Below, piece after piece: positions 34,871 through 48,938 of a stretch of 64,000 bases of DNA. The number at the start of each line of letters is the position of its first letter. Positions within the stretch are counted from its first letter, which is position 1. The stretch lies in contig OZ024743.1 in NCBI GenBank assembly GCA_964016885.1, forward strand, positions 62,992,001 to 63,056,000, in the 5' to 3' direction. A program made the translations under genes and the position numbers. This DNA is from Eledone cirrhosa. Taxonomy: Eukaryota. Under the pieces are notes generated by a model. That model was not told the DNA's origin, made no database searches, and saw nothing but the letters and a program-made list of their open reading frames with translations.

Positions 34871-35643
34871 ATATATATAGGTGAGTGTGTATACATATAT
34901 ATATGTCTGACGACTGTGATAAATAGGCGAAACTCCAGAGTAACAAAACTCACTATTGAGCCTTAATAAATAATGCAGAAAATGGCTTGCATTGTGCAGT
35001 CACTGTATTCAGCAAGTTGCAAATTGCACTTATTGAAGTTTACTGCATTAGCAGAAACCATGGGTCCAGATGTACAAGCACAAATGCCACATTATGAATA
35101 TACACATGGTTAGCACTCTGAGACAAGTTTTGCTCAATACAAATTTAAACCAAATCTCATTGAGTGAGTAATTGTGAGCAAATGGGTTTATGGCAAATAT
35201 TTTCTATAACCTTGTCTCTCTCTCATATATATATATATATATACACATACATTTTTAATAAACTGAGCGACCCATATTGAAAGTAGCAAATAGGCAGATT
35301 CATTAAAATATCAGATAGAATGCTTCACAGTATTCAGGCTCTCTATGCTCTGAGTTCAAATCTTGCCAAGGCCAACTTTGCCTTTCATCCTTTCAAAGAT
35401 GATAAATAAAGTACCAGTCAAATACTGGAGGTTGATTTCTCTCTTTCCTGCCTTTTGTTTTCTCTCTCTGGAACAAATCAGTTGTGTTCAAATTGGCTGT
35501 GATCAAACATGGAGAGAGATGATCTCTGCCAGGTTTAAAATGTTCATGACAGTGCTCCTTACTCAATTTCTAGTTAAGGGCCTGTGGCATGACCTCATCA
35601 AGAATTTAATTCAGTAAAGAGGTAAAATATTTTGGAGACTCAC

Positions 35644-35754
35644 CTTTGAAATAAAAATGCCAGGGGTGTCATTTCCAAAAGGAAGACATGAATGGTCTGT
35701 GCCACCAACAATACTGAGTCCCAACGGGCCACCATAAGTGCTAAATGTGACTTT
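35644..35754 (-). CDS. SCRIB: Scribble-like exon, PDZ3 N-terminal half (KVTFSTYGGPLGLSIVGGTDHSCLPFGNDTPGIFISK)
   Basis: caattag acceptor, gtgagt donor, 111 nt, phase 0. GGPLGLSIVGG-DHS--PFG---PG-FISK is the Scribble PDZ3 signature. Confidence 0.93.
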
Positions 35755-36725
35755 CTAATTGAAGGAAACATTTGAAATGGAGAGAGAGAGAGAGAGAGAG
35801 AGAAAAAAAAAGTGAATAATTAGAAATTGATAAATGTTTTTGTTTCTTTAATGTTCATCACCTTTCATAAGCCTTTCTAACTTTGAATTACTATTAACTT
35901 TTTCCATACAAACTCGGCCCAAACTGGCTCTCGTTCTAAGAAACAAAACCACCAATTTTAAAAGGTTCTATTTAAATTAAAATCTTTCAACATAATTTTA
36001 TATAAGAAACCTATGTTACAAATACTATCATAGTGTTGAAGTGATTGATAATTTTAGTAAATCCCTCAAATTGTTTCATGAATTAATTGAAAATGAGTAT
36101 ATTTTATTCAAAATACAGTCACAAAAAGGTTGAAGATTTGCATAGACAAATATTTGTAATACCTCACTAATTGAAAGTTATTGTGTAGCCAAAGAACAGT
36201 GATAAAAATATGACTGATGTAAAAATATATTGTATTAAGTTTTATTATGTATATAAAAGAGTATGAATATATTCCTTTTTTTTTCTTATGAAGCAATACA
36301 TTTATCAGAAAAAGATAATATTTATGCCTTTCTCAATGAGATAGCAATGAAAGTGAGGCAGTTATACTTCAACTGCCAACAAATACATTGTTATAAAATC
36401 CAGTTGTATGAGGTTAAAATAGTAAATATCCATATTAAGTCCAGTTAAAGGTATTAATCCTGGGTTGGCTACCATTGTTCTAAAGATTTAACACTGTGCC
36501 CAACTAATTATTTCAACTATTATCTCTATAAATATAACGTATCTGTTCCAAAATAAAATACAATCAAATGTGATTTATTTTCTCATAATAACATGTAACA
36601 GTTAATAAGCTTATGAAAATTACTTAGATAGGCAGTAAACAATATTTAAGCAAAACAAGATGGAGTAGCTAGCATTATAATAAAATTTAATACCTGAATT
36701 ATTTAATGAAAAACATGTTATATGT

Positions 36726-36728
<3 letters not shown>

Positions 36729-36775
<47 letters not shown>

Positions 36776-36788
36776 GAAGAGAGGAGAG

Positions 36789-36819
<31 letters not shown>

Positions 36820-36837
36820 TGAGAGAGGAGAGAGAGA

Positions 36838-36878
<41 letters not shown>

Positions 36879-36936
36879 AAGAGCAGAGAAAGAGAGAGAA
36901 AGAGAGAGAGAAAGAGAGAGAAAGAGAGAGAGAAAG

Positions 36937-36967
<31 letters not shown>

Positions 36968-36972
36968 GAGAG
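36729..36972. repeat. (GA)n-based polypurine tract, about 240 bp
   Basis: Direct reading. Confidence 0.95.
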
Positions 36973-38467
36973 TCATAAGCATATAAGAGTAAAATGTATT
37001 ATTTTTATCACACTTTTTAGATAATTACTTTTAAATTTCATGCTAGGATGGGTTGGATATTTCTGTAAATCTTGGGAGTTTCACATATTGTTAGAGCATG
37101 TATTTAACAAAAGAATGCAGTTAGTATTCTTTTTAGTTTAGTTCTTTGTTGCAATATCTATTATTTATTTGTTTGTTTAAATTTCTGTTGGCTATAACAT
37201 GTGAACTATTTAGATTAGAGTCTGAAGAGATGAGGTTTAATCTTTATTATATTCAGAATTGTGCCGGGTATGTTTAGGTTGTTTGAGTATCATTTCTTTC
37301 ATAGCTCAAGTGGGAAAGCATAAATAACTAACAGCTGGCACCAAGTAAAGTATATGAATTCTGAACTTCCGGTGCAATATATATGTCTTGGACATTTAAA
37401 CTTGGCAGAACACACCCCTCTCCATGTCTGATCATAGCCAATTTCTTCCAGACAAATATGGAGAGAATGTAAGAAAGAGATATAGAAGAAGAATTACTCA
37501 CAGTGCCATTAATCACAGTATTTTATTTATCATCTTTGGAAGGATGAAATGCAAAGTTGACCTTGGCAGGATTTGAACTTACATTGTAGAAAGATGGAAT
37601 GAATACAGCAAAGCATTCTACCCAACATACTAATGACTCTGCAATTTTATTGCCTTACCAAGTAAAGTATATTTTCAAAATTGTTAGTGAGTAGTAAGAG
37701 AACAACTCTTGAGTAGAGAAACACTCAACTGAATGTCTAGATCAAATATTCAAATCCAGCATCTGAGTTTGATCTAACCTTGAGTGTTAGACCAGTGGTG
37801 ATTCCAATTTCAATGTGAACATTTTGACAAAATAATTGTTCTCCATTTGAAAGATGCTAGCAAGTTACTTGAGATAGACTGGTTGCATGGTGGCAATAAC
37901 TAGCCACCATTCTATCTCTTAGCTATGATTATACATAATAGAAGTGAACAAATTTCAAAGAGGCTCTCTTGCTGGTATATTCTAAGTTCATAATGATAGT
38001 ACTATTGGTTTGCTTTGGTTGCCAAATTGGGGTCAGTGAGCTAAATTTAAATGTTCAAGAATTTTGTAAAAAACATAATATATATACACTATCCATTCTT
38101 CTCTAAGTAGAAACATTTTTCTCCTTTGACTATTGTTATTGTCATATAATAATTTAAAAACCATCCATCATAATTTTATATAGTGAAGAAATATTTTTTT
38201 GAAAATACCTAAAAATCCTTCATTAATTAATTGAAATAGAGTGTACTTCATCAGAAATAAGATGAGGAAAGGGTTAAGTAAAAGGGGTCTATGTTAGCAA
38301 AACAGTTAGGAACCACTGCTGCATAGTATTTGTCCAAAGTATGTCACATTGCTTTGGAACATTTGCACATATCGCAATTGAACACCCATCTCTAGAAATA
38401 TATGCTCCAACAAATAACCAAAGTTTTCTCTACTACAACACATATACAAGAAAAACTCATGCAAATA

Positions 38468-38697
38468 AACCCTTTTGATACCAAAACCACATGAAACTGA
38501 TACTGGTTTTATGATACAAAGCTGTTTATTTTATAGTATTTATATTTAAACCTTTCATGAGCATTTTATGTTCCAAACACCAGCTTAATAATGGAAAAAT
38601 ATTTGACTAAATCCACTAGGAATTCTGGATTACTTTCAAAATTCATTGAAACACACAGACAGTATATTTTATCAGAAATATGATAACAAAAGGGTTA
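38468..38697. mobile_element. AT-rich MITE, piggyBac-like (representative copy; many diverged copies across 17.9-61.9 kb)
   Basis: Termini aacccttttgatacca / tgataacaaaagggtt. The internal gattattttcaaaattatttgaaaatcataggcagt motif recurs near 19.8, 23.9, 24.7, 32.3, 41.8, 44.7, 48.1, 54.4 and 61.8 kb. Confidence 0.7.
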
Positions 38698-39574
38698 TGA
38701 GAAAAAACACATGCTAATATTGGATACAAAAGCCATTAAAAATATGGAAAAAAATATATAGAAATGATTTAATAAAATGAATTATCAAATATATATTCAC
38801 TTATAAATCCTTTGACACTCATGCAAGATCAAAATAGTAAAGGAACAGAATGAGATATAGAGAGGAATATACCAAACGACCAGTGCAGGCTGACATGCAT
38901 TTATATATGTATATTTATATATTTAATGTACAGGCATCAGGGATACAGGCAGAGAAAAATTGTTTATATATGTATATACATACACATGCACACACATATA
39001 CATATATATATACACATGCAGATATAAATAAATGCAAACACACACACAGATATAAATATATACAAACACACACACACACACACATATATGTGTGTGTTCG
39101 TGGTTATATTGTTCATACTCTTCAACTTATTAATCTTACTTTCTCTCCACATCCTCCCTGAAACATTATTCTGACCCCCTCCAGATCCCATTTATATATT
39201 CTGAACACCTCTTCTCATATGCTACAGCTTTATAAGCTATTGATGCAGCTATATGTCCTGTGCTACCATATGCATTGTTTTCCTTGTTTATATGTGTCAT
39301 ATGTATTTTTGTCCATGTTGCATTGGTTTTGCTATCTATCTATCCCTTTTTTTTCTCTCTCTCTACACACACATATATATACATATATATATATATATAC
39401 ACACTCACACAAACATATATATATATATATATAAATGGCTTCTACAGGACTAGAACTGTTTCATTCAAAAGAAATCACCGGGAAACCCATTTCTATATTA
39501 AACATGATGTTTACACTCTACTAATGGTTGAGTACTTTACTAACTGTGGTTACCCCTGATTGAACCCAGGACTC

Positions 39575-39649
<75 letters not shown>

Positions 39650-40242
39650 CTGTATGTTTCTGCTAAAGAAAAACAATTTAACTCATATTTACTATTGTAT
39701 TTTTGTGTTAAAGGCTTTACCTCACATAATATCAAATCTATGAGATTTTGATATTTATTTTGAGAATAATACCTTAACATCCAAATGAGTGGCTGGTTAT
39801 GGTCAGTTTGAACAGGAAGAGGAGAGAGAATTCTGACCAGATAAGGCCAAGGACACAATATAGCCAGTTTGCATTTACGTATTATGAAAAAAAAAATCAT
39901 TTTTACAAAAATAATCTCATTTCTTTGTCACATATTTACCCTCATATACTGTATCAACATGCACATTTATATAGATATACACATACACAACGAAAACACA
40001 GCATCATGCATTTATGTGAGATTACAGGTATATGTTGGTGGATGGGAGTGTTATAATGTATTAGCATAAGGAATATAGGTACAGAAAAAAAATATATATA
40101 TACATACATACATACATACAGATATATATGCACAATATTTATATACATATATATATGCACAATATATATACATATATATATGCACAATATATATAAATGC
40201 AAAATATATATATATACATTATTTATATATATATATAAATAG

Positions 40243-40275
<33 letters not shown>

Positions 40276-40559
40276 AGGATGTTTGTATCTTTTTGTGTAC
40301 CTGTATGTGTGGTACTATGTATCATTAGGAATATAGGCAAATGAAAAAAGAAAAAAGAATGGCGTGTTACGATATAGTTCATGCTGACAGAGGAATAAAG
40401 GGAGTTATGTATATTTACAAGGCGAAAAGATTTTAACAAAAATTTATGGTACACCTCATGCCCAAATGTATAAAGCAGGGGGACATAAAGACAAAATGCA
40501 AACAGTTTGCAAAAGAGATTATTTAGAGACACATTGCAACACAAGCTAGCAGAATTTAC

Positions 40560-40619
40560 CAAAGTCTGTGTTTGAAGATTGTTATTGAACAGATCAGTAA
40601 GTCTTCCATTTACTGACAT
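40560..40619 (-). CDS. Putative first coding exon of the Scribble-like PDZ gene (MSVNGRLTDLFNNNLQTQTL)
   Basis: ATG with A at -3 (gaggATG), 20 codons, then a gtaaat donor in phase 0, compatible with exon 35644-35754. No homology support. Confidence 0.45.
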
Positions 40620-40746
40620 CCTCTTGGTCTCTCATATGTTCTGTCAACTTGGGTTTTTTTCATCTGTTACCATGATGGCCTGTGTTACCCTGAAACTTGA
40701 TGGTTGAACTTAAAAAAGGGAAAGGAACTGATCGTCAGATCGTATC

Positions 40747-41056
40747 AAGGAAACTGTGTTTCCATTGGTCTTTCCACATCTAATATTATCTGTTGGTCAC
40801 AACTCTTTGCTGACTGTAAAATTGGATGAAGGAAATCATATTTCCATTGATCTTTCCATTACTGACACTGCCGGTCAGTCACAACACCTCACCAATCATA
40901 AGTTCGAACAAAAGAAACTGTTTCTGTTGTTATTTTTTCATTGCTGATACTAACTACCGGTTGCAACTCCTTGCTGATTGTAAAATCAAACCAAGGGAAA
41001 AGTATTTCCATTGATCTCTCTATTGCTGATACTATGTGCCAGTCACAATTCCTGAC
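40747..41056. repeat. Diverged minisatellite of about 82 bp, about 4 units
   Basis: aaggaaa..tttccattg..tcacaa units; the tttcc/tttct anchor falls at 40759, 40841, 40921 and 41005. Confidence 0.75.
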
Positions 41057-43867
41057 AAAAGGAAGTGAGGATTTGAATCAGATACTGCTAATAATCTAAT
41101 ATTCAGTCAGAGATGGAAAAGCACTGACGACAACCTTTTCCAGGGCTTTTAAGATAGTAGAATGAACAGAAAAAGGTATCCTCAAATCAGGGACTCGGGC
41201 TAATTGATTGCAACAGAGTATTGTGTTAAAGGCAAGCAAGGGAAGACTGCATAAGTTAAACCTGTTTTTTTTATATAGTTTCTGTTTTATCATTACAAGA
41301 TATTGAGAGTTAATTAGATGTTAAGAGTTAAATTAGACAAACAGTAAAAAAAAAAAAAGAGAATGTTCTTAGTCTAAGCTGTATTCCAGTTCCAGAAGAT
41401 TCTTGATATAAAAGAAAGGGTAGAGAGTTTATAGATCAAAGTTCAGAATTGAAAGACAAAAAAGAAAACAATAAAGACAAAGAACAGGAGAAAAAAATAA
41501 GGTGGGTGAGTTAGTACTGTAGCATGAAAAGCTTCAGACTTTCTGTAGTAATATTGTCAGGATTTCACAAACATATGCCATGTAGACATAGAAGAAACAG
41601 ACAATAGAAACAAGTATAGATACCAACCTTTCATAAATTTCAACCATTTTGATACCGAATCACCAGAAACCACTCTGGTTCTACGATATTAATCTGTTTA
41701 TATTAATCTAAAAAACTGCCGTCATTTTATGTAGGAACCTTTGTTAAGTGATGCTCTAAACACCAGCTTTATTATGAGAAAGTTATTTTACTAAATCTTT
41801 CCAAATTTTTGAATATTTTCAAAATTATTAGAAAATCACAGGCAGGCTTTTTCATTTAAAATATAGGAACAAAAGGGTTAAGGTGAGACATTGAAATATT
41901 ACCAAACAAACAATGGCACTTATATCAACCTTGTCTATCTGGGCCAGCAACTCTGGCCATATATTTTGTCTGCATGTTTTATTACAGTATTAATTATTAC
42001 TGGAGGTAGGGAGATATTTAACAATAGCACTAACACAAGATTCAGAATAAAGATATACATAGACCCATACACCATCTTTATAAACATACATTTAATTTCA
42101 TCATATTTTAAGCTGTGATCATATCACAGTGAAACTATATGTATACATAAATATATGGTATGTGTCTATATACATCTTTATATATGGAGATTTTTATTGG
42201 ACTGAGTGAATGACATAGATATTGAGGAACTAATCAGAAGTCCCTCAACATCACCAATAACATCCACATAATAATTCATGACACTGCCGGTCAGCATTTC
42301 AAATTGATTAGTGAATTCAATTAAGTCCCAGCATCAGTGTTGTCTTATAGTATAACACTCATTAATAAAAATGGGCTTGGATTAACAATTCTGTTATGAA
42401 ACAGCTATTAACCCTTCTATGACACAACATTTTTTATTTAAGGTGCTTATATATATTTAAAAACCTTCCATAATTTTTATCTAAGAACTTTGCTTATGAT
42501 TTCATTAAGAATTCATTAAGCAATGAATGAATTAACATTATTACACAATTATACGTCTTGATTTAAATACCATATAAAAACACAAACACGAAAGAAATAA
42601 AACAAAGCCACAACACAACTAACAACAACAACCACTATTCATGGAGACATGCTAAGTCAGAGTTGAAGACAAGAAAACAATATAAAGAAAAGAAAAATGA
42701 AGCAAGTTCTAGAATGTAACTTTAAACTTATCATTATCATCATTTAACATCACAAGCCATGCCAGCATGTAATTGATGCTACTGACCCCTCAGATGGGTC
42801 GAAGGGTTGCATCTTGCTTACATATGTTCATGCAATCTACAGAGTGCACCTGGTGCATTTTATCATGGCACCAAGGTTGTCTTGAATTTGACAACTGAAT
42901 AGACCTCTTCACTGTTTATTTGACGAGATCTATATGGCTCGATGCCTTTCCTATCACTAACCACTTTACAGAGTGTAGTGGGTGTGGTCAGCTGCTTGCA
43001 TTGTTTAAATTTAAAACATGCTATTTTATTGAAAAGTTGATAGATCAAACATTTTGATGTGAGTTTAGAAAAAAGAACAACAAAAAAACAAAAAATATGC
43101 AACTAAAACAGATCCCAAACCAGAAAAAACAAAAAGCAAGCGAACATAAATATCTAATTGGCAATATCCACAAAATGATATCAAACATGCTTGAAATAAT
43201 AAGATGACAACAAGGTAATAAATAAAAAGTATTTTATTTCCTACCAAGTATATCTCACCAAGATATTTAACTTGTATTGGCGTTCACACAGGATGGGTTG
43301 AGCCAGATCTTCCAGCCAGTGAATCTACAGCAAACACTGTTGCTATGGATAATTACATTATCCTGCAGTGTGTATGCTTGTGTCTGTGAAAACCATATCT
43401 CCAATGAAACCATATGGATCCGTAAATAACCAAGATTGATCTTGCACAATCATTGTTAAATGTTGAAATTTCAATCCTGAGCCATCTTTAGCTGTGCTTC
43501 TTAAATTGATACTGCATAAACATTTTTGTCTTATTTCAAAGTTTGAGTAAATGGATGAAGATTAAGTTTGTTAATTTATCTATTAACATTCTGTACTGCA
43601 TGAAAGTGCATTAGCAAGATATTCTTGGAAAGTACAAAACACCACTATGACTGCATCACATTAAACAAAGTCTTTACTGCAAATTTTCACAATGATCTGT
43701 CCACCAGTAAAGACATTATAAGCATTTGAATTAACAAACTCTGTTTTAGATATTTTTTTGCTAAATTATTACAGGATGTTAAGAGTTAACAGACCTATTT
43801 TTAAACATTTTCTGTTAAATCCGTACATCTTGACTGTGTAGATACACACAGATTATATATATACACG

Positions 43868-43911
<44 letters not shown>

Positions 43912-44834
43912 CGTTACATATATCCCTGCTCTCTACAGAGTGTACTGGATGCATTTTATCACCAGCACTAAGAAGGCTGTCATATCTTTGACATGACTAA
44001 AGAGTCCTCTCAACCAATATGTTGATACTAATATGGAGGGATTTCTGTATTTACTCAGAGGACTGTAGCTCCACTTGGTCACTACCATCAAGAATATATT
44101 AGATTACTGACCTCTGCCCACCCGGCACCTTCTTCTATTGACCATGGAAAAGAGGAATTTGAACTTACAATGTAATCAAATATCACAAGCTATTTCGTCA
44201 AATTCTCTATCGATTTTACCATCCAACCATTTAGCATAGAAATTGGCTAAATCTTCAAAATAAAATGTTTTTTCCTGTTTAACTCTTTTGATACCAAACT
44301 ACCTTAAACTGCTTTGGGTCTATGATAGTAAGCTGTTTTAAAATGTTTATATATTTATTTAAAAACTTTCTAACATAATTTTATGTGTTCAGTAAAAGTT
44401 GTTTTGGTAAAAAACAGAAGGACATATTTTTTTTGCCTGCACCATGTCACACAATCAGATATTTCATCTGAAGATATCGTTCCCATACCAACAACAAATG
44501 CATATATTACATCTTAGATTGCATAAGGGAATCATTGAAATAATTATAATGAATAAACTATTTATGAAATATCAGCATTTTTTAATGTTATTCTTATAAC
44601 ATAATTTTATGTAAAAAATTTTGTCAAGTTATGTGCCAATCACAAACTTTAAAAACGAGAAAGTTACTTATATTACCAAATCCATCCAAATTCTGGATTA
44701 TTTTCAAAATTATATAAAAAACACTGTTTTTCATTAGAAATATAGCAATGAAAGGGTTAAAGTGACTATTTAGCTTTTGACATATGCAGCATTTGGTAGC
44801 AACACACTGTCCAACTAAAAATAACAACACTACA

Positions 44835-47545
44835 TAATCATCATCATCGTTTAACGTCCGTGTTCCACGCTTGCATGGGTTTGGACGGGGGTTTTCCCAC
44901 TTGAGACAAGAGTGATTGTCTTGCTCGCATAGGACTGTCTGGCAGGTTTTCTACAGTTGGATGCCCTTCCTAACACCAACCACATTTACAGTGTGGGTCT
45001 GGGAGGTTTTTACCGTGTTGCCTACACGGCCACATTACAGCGTGGACTGTGTATTTTTTTTGTCGTGACACCTACACGATCTCATTTGTTTCGGCCTGGA
45101 TGGTGTGGCACCAACATAACTTTACATAGAGGGGGCGGTGTGGATGGGGTGGGGGTGGTGGGACGGGGGGTGTATTTTGTTAGAGATGCCTACTGACTGT
45201 AGTAGGTTTTACTTTGTATTTAGGTAAGGCGGGTCTTCTCTATTACTGAGTACCGCCAAAGGTCTCGGTCCAGTGACATTGTCTTGGTGAGGTGTAACTG
45301 TGTGAGGTCGGAGTTTATCAGCTCGTCCCAGGTTTTTCTGGGTCTGCCTATTCCGTGGCTACCGTCTATCTTTATTGCCCTGCACTTTGTTATACAGCTA
45401 TCGTCCTTCATGCGCATCACGTGACCATACCAACGTAGCCTTCTCTCTAGTAAACAACATCTGATCCCTCTTATTTCTAATTTTTTCCTTAGTTCGTTTA
45501 TGCTTTGTCGTTCACGTATATTACTATTACACATCCAGCGGAGCATGCAAGCTTCGTTTCTCTCTAGTCTGCGTATATCCTCTGCACACAATGCCCAGGT
45601 CTCACTGCCATGCAACATTGCTGTTCGTATGCAGGCATCGTACAACCTGCCTTTCATTTTTAGGGAGAACCCTTTAGCGGCTAATAGTGGTATAAGCTCT
45701 CTGAACTTTTTCCACCCAGTTCTGACTCTAGCTACTGTACTTTCAGAGCACCCTCCCCCACTGCTGATTTTGTCACCCAGGTAACGGAAGCTGTCCACTA
45801 TTTCTATAGAACCCTCTGCGCAGTTGAAAGAGCTAGTATTTTGTGGGCACTTGCTGCTACTTATTGCCCCAGAACACCGGCCACATGTAAAATCTATGTT
45901 CTTAGTTAGCTTACCTGTGATCCCACTACATCTTTTATGAACGCATACTTTGCATTTGGGACACAAAATGGAATTTCTACCTACGCCTTTCCTACACTCT
46001 GCGCATGGCCACTTCCCGGAGGGGACCGCCGCCTTATTTTCTTTCTTACAAACTAGAACTTTAGTCTTAGCCAGGTTAATTTTAAGGCTTTTGATTCTAG
46101 CCCGTGCTTCCAAGTTTGGAATTTCTTCTCTAGCTCGGCCATTGATTCAGCTATGAGCGTTAGATCATCTGCGTATAGGAGTTCCCATGGGCAGCCGGTC
46201 TTGAACTCCACTGTTATAGCCTGGAGGGCAATAATAAATAGTAGGGGGCTAAGAACAGAGCCCTGATGAACACCAACTTTTACACTAAACTCTTCACTAT
46301 ATTCGTTGTTAATTCTAACCTTGCTGACTGTTTCTTTATACATGGCTTGTATAGCTCTCACAAGCCATTCATCGACACCTAGTTTTCTAAGAGCCCACCA
46401 GATAATGGAACGGGGGACTCTGTCGAAGGCCTTCTCCAAGTCGACGAAAGCTAAATATAGGGGTTTACTTTTAGCTAGGTACTTCTCCTGTAGTTGTCGT
46501 ACAATGAAAAGAGCGTCTGTGGTACTTTTTCCTGACACAAACCCGAACTGCATTTCATCTAGATCAATTCGCTCTCTGATTAGTTGCGCTATTACTTTTT
46601 CCGTGACCTTCATGACCTGGTCGATTAATTTAATGCCTCTATAGTTACTCCTATCTAGGGCATCTCCTTTACCCTTATAACAGTTAACGATAATGCTGCT
46701 ACGCCAGTCCTTCGGAACAACCCCGTTCTGTATGACTTGGTTGACTATCCGGGTGACCATGGTGTGTCCCACCGTACCAGATGCCTTCAGCATCTCGGCA
46801 ACTATTTCCGAAGGCCCAGCCGCCTTGCCTGTCTTCATATCTTTGATTGCCTTACTTATTTTACTACCCTCGACTAACACTGCTGGTCCCTCTATTGGGT
46901 CGATGTGGGGGAGACTGTCTTTCTCCCATTTATTCTCCTCATTGAGTAGCCTTTCATAGTGACACTTCCAAGCTACCTTCTTATCGGCGTCGGTGATGGC
47001 AAGTACGCCGTCATCGTTAAGTACACACTTCTCCCCGACAATATCACTGTTTTCCTTGACACATTGCCTAGCAATCCTGAACACCTCACGTTTTTGGTCC
47101 TCACGTTGTAGAACATGCTTGAACTTTCTTTCCTCTGCTTCCCTTCTTGCGAAGTACACTTGTCTCCTAGCTTCCCTCCTGGCCACTTGATAGTCTTCTC
47201 TACTTCCCCCATCCCGCCATACTTTCCAAGCCTGCTTTTTGGCCTTAATTGACCCCTCCACCTTACTGTTCCACCACCATGTTACTCTCCTCCTGCCTAC
47301 AGGCCTGCTCCAGCCACAGACTTCGTCTGTCGCCGTCAGCAGGTTTGCTTTCAGGAATTCCCCCTGTTCCTCTACCTTGTACGACTCTATTTGCTCTTCC
47401 TTACTGTCGAAAGCATCAAGTAATATGCTTTGGAATTTATTTTTGGCTGTGGGGTCCTTTAGCTTCCATATTTTTCTCCTGAGGGTAGTCCTCTTCTGTT
47501 GCCTAGTACGTCTCGTCCTGACTATTAGGTCGCTAATTATCAGTA
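44835..47545 (-). mobile_element. 5'-truncated RTE LINE, young copy with a 1-bp frameshift near 46090
   Basis: ORFs 46053-47261 and 45220-46113 are near-identical to the 13864-17210 protein and lack the 101-bp duplication. Confidence 0.95.
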
Positions 47546-48320
47546 TTGACTAAAAATCGATAGATATTTTCTATAATAGTGTAGAGTATTGAAACAAAAC
47601 ACTATTAATGTATAAATAATTTACTACCTCTAAGTATTATATACTCTGGAGAATTAAGATCCCAAGTTCTTTTTTAACCTGTTTGATACTAGACTGGCTT
47701 AGATGGCTCTTAAGAAAAGTTATGCTCAAAACACCAACGTGTTTGTATTTTAACGCATGCCAAGGAAAGTAACTCTGAGTGAGTCATAGATGAAATGTTG
47801 GCACTGGCAATACTGTTGATATCTCACCGTTACAATGACTACCAACGTTATTTTTCCAAACTCAAGAAAGTGTTTCAATATAAGTTTGAAAGCAGAGGCA
47901 ATGGAGAGGAATTCCAGCTAGATCCTGTCAACAAAATCTCCATACAGTTTAAATACACAGCAAGTCTACCATGTACGAAGGCTAAATGTCAGTAGAAGAG
48001 CACCCTTAGAATGTAAAAAAGTTAAGGGCTGAAACACCCGCTTGATGGGGATTTCTTCTCTGAAAACCTTTTGCTGTCCAGCTCTCCTGAGAGTTTCTTA
48101 CCATTGAGAAAGTTTTTTTTACTAAATCTTCCCAAATTCTTGAAATTATTTAAAAATCGTAGGCATTGTATTTCATTAGAAATATGGTAAGGAAAAGGTT
48201 AATATTATTAATTTTAGATTTTTAAAGTTTTTAGAAAATAGTATGGTAATAGTCAACTTTTTTTTAATCATGTAATTAATGAAACATGCACAAAATATGA
48301 GAAGTTGCAAGGATAATTAG

Positions 48321-48522
48321 TCCTTTAACATTTACATTACTCTATGTTTACTATTGTATTTTCACAGTAAAGGCTTTACCTCACATAATATCGAATCTAT
48401 GAGATTTTGATATTTATTTTGAGAACAATATTTTAACATGAGTATGAGCAGCCAGTTATGGCTGGTTTGAACAGAAAGAGGTGAGAGATCTGGCTAGAAA
48501 CAGCAGTTTAAATGCTAAAGGG
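48321..48522. mobile_element. piggyBac-type MITE (second family)
   Basis: TIR (t)cctttaacattta / taaatgctaaaggg followed by ttaa; homologous to 49345-49548. Confidence 0.72.
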
Positions 48523-48754
48523 TTAACTTACCACTGGCACTATAGAGACAGAGAAACAGACAGACATGCAGATAGAATAGTATGGATCATGTATAACATC
48601 ATATCTCTAAGTGATACCTTGTGTAGATTAGCTAATAGATTTTGTATATGAAAACATATCTCATCTAGCTATGTATTTGAGCCAATAAGGAAACCATAAT
48701 TGAAGTTATATTATTATCTAGAAATATATTATTAGAAGATTTATTATTATCTAG

Positions 48755-48938
48755 GGCGGGGGATTGGCAGTATCAGTAGAAGGTCGGACGCCATGCTTTC
48801 TAGCATAGTTACGTCCCTTTATGGTCCGAGTTCAAATCCACCAAGGTTAACTTTGCCTTTCATCCTTACGGAGTAGATAAAATAAAGTACCAGTAATGCA
48901 CTGGGTAATTTGCTGGCCTTGTGCCAAAAGTAGAAACA
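48755..48938 (+). mobile_element. Nin-domain SINE with a 12-bp target-site duplication
   Basis: attattatctag at 48743-48754 and 48939-48950; B box gagttcaaatcc; Nin core. Confidence 0.9.

Noticed and set aside
40747-41056. Regularly spaced repeats read as a CRISPR-like array
   Set aside because: Whole units are homologous, with no unique spacers; the context is eukaryotic and there are no cas genes.
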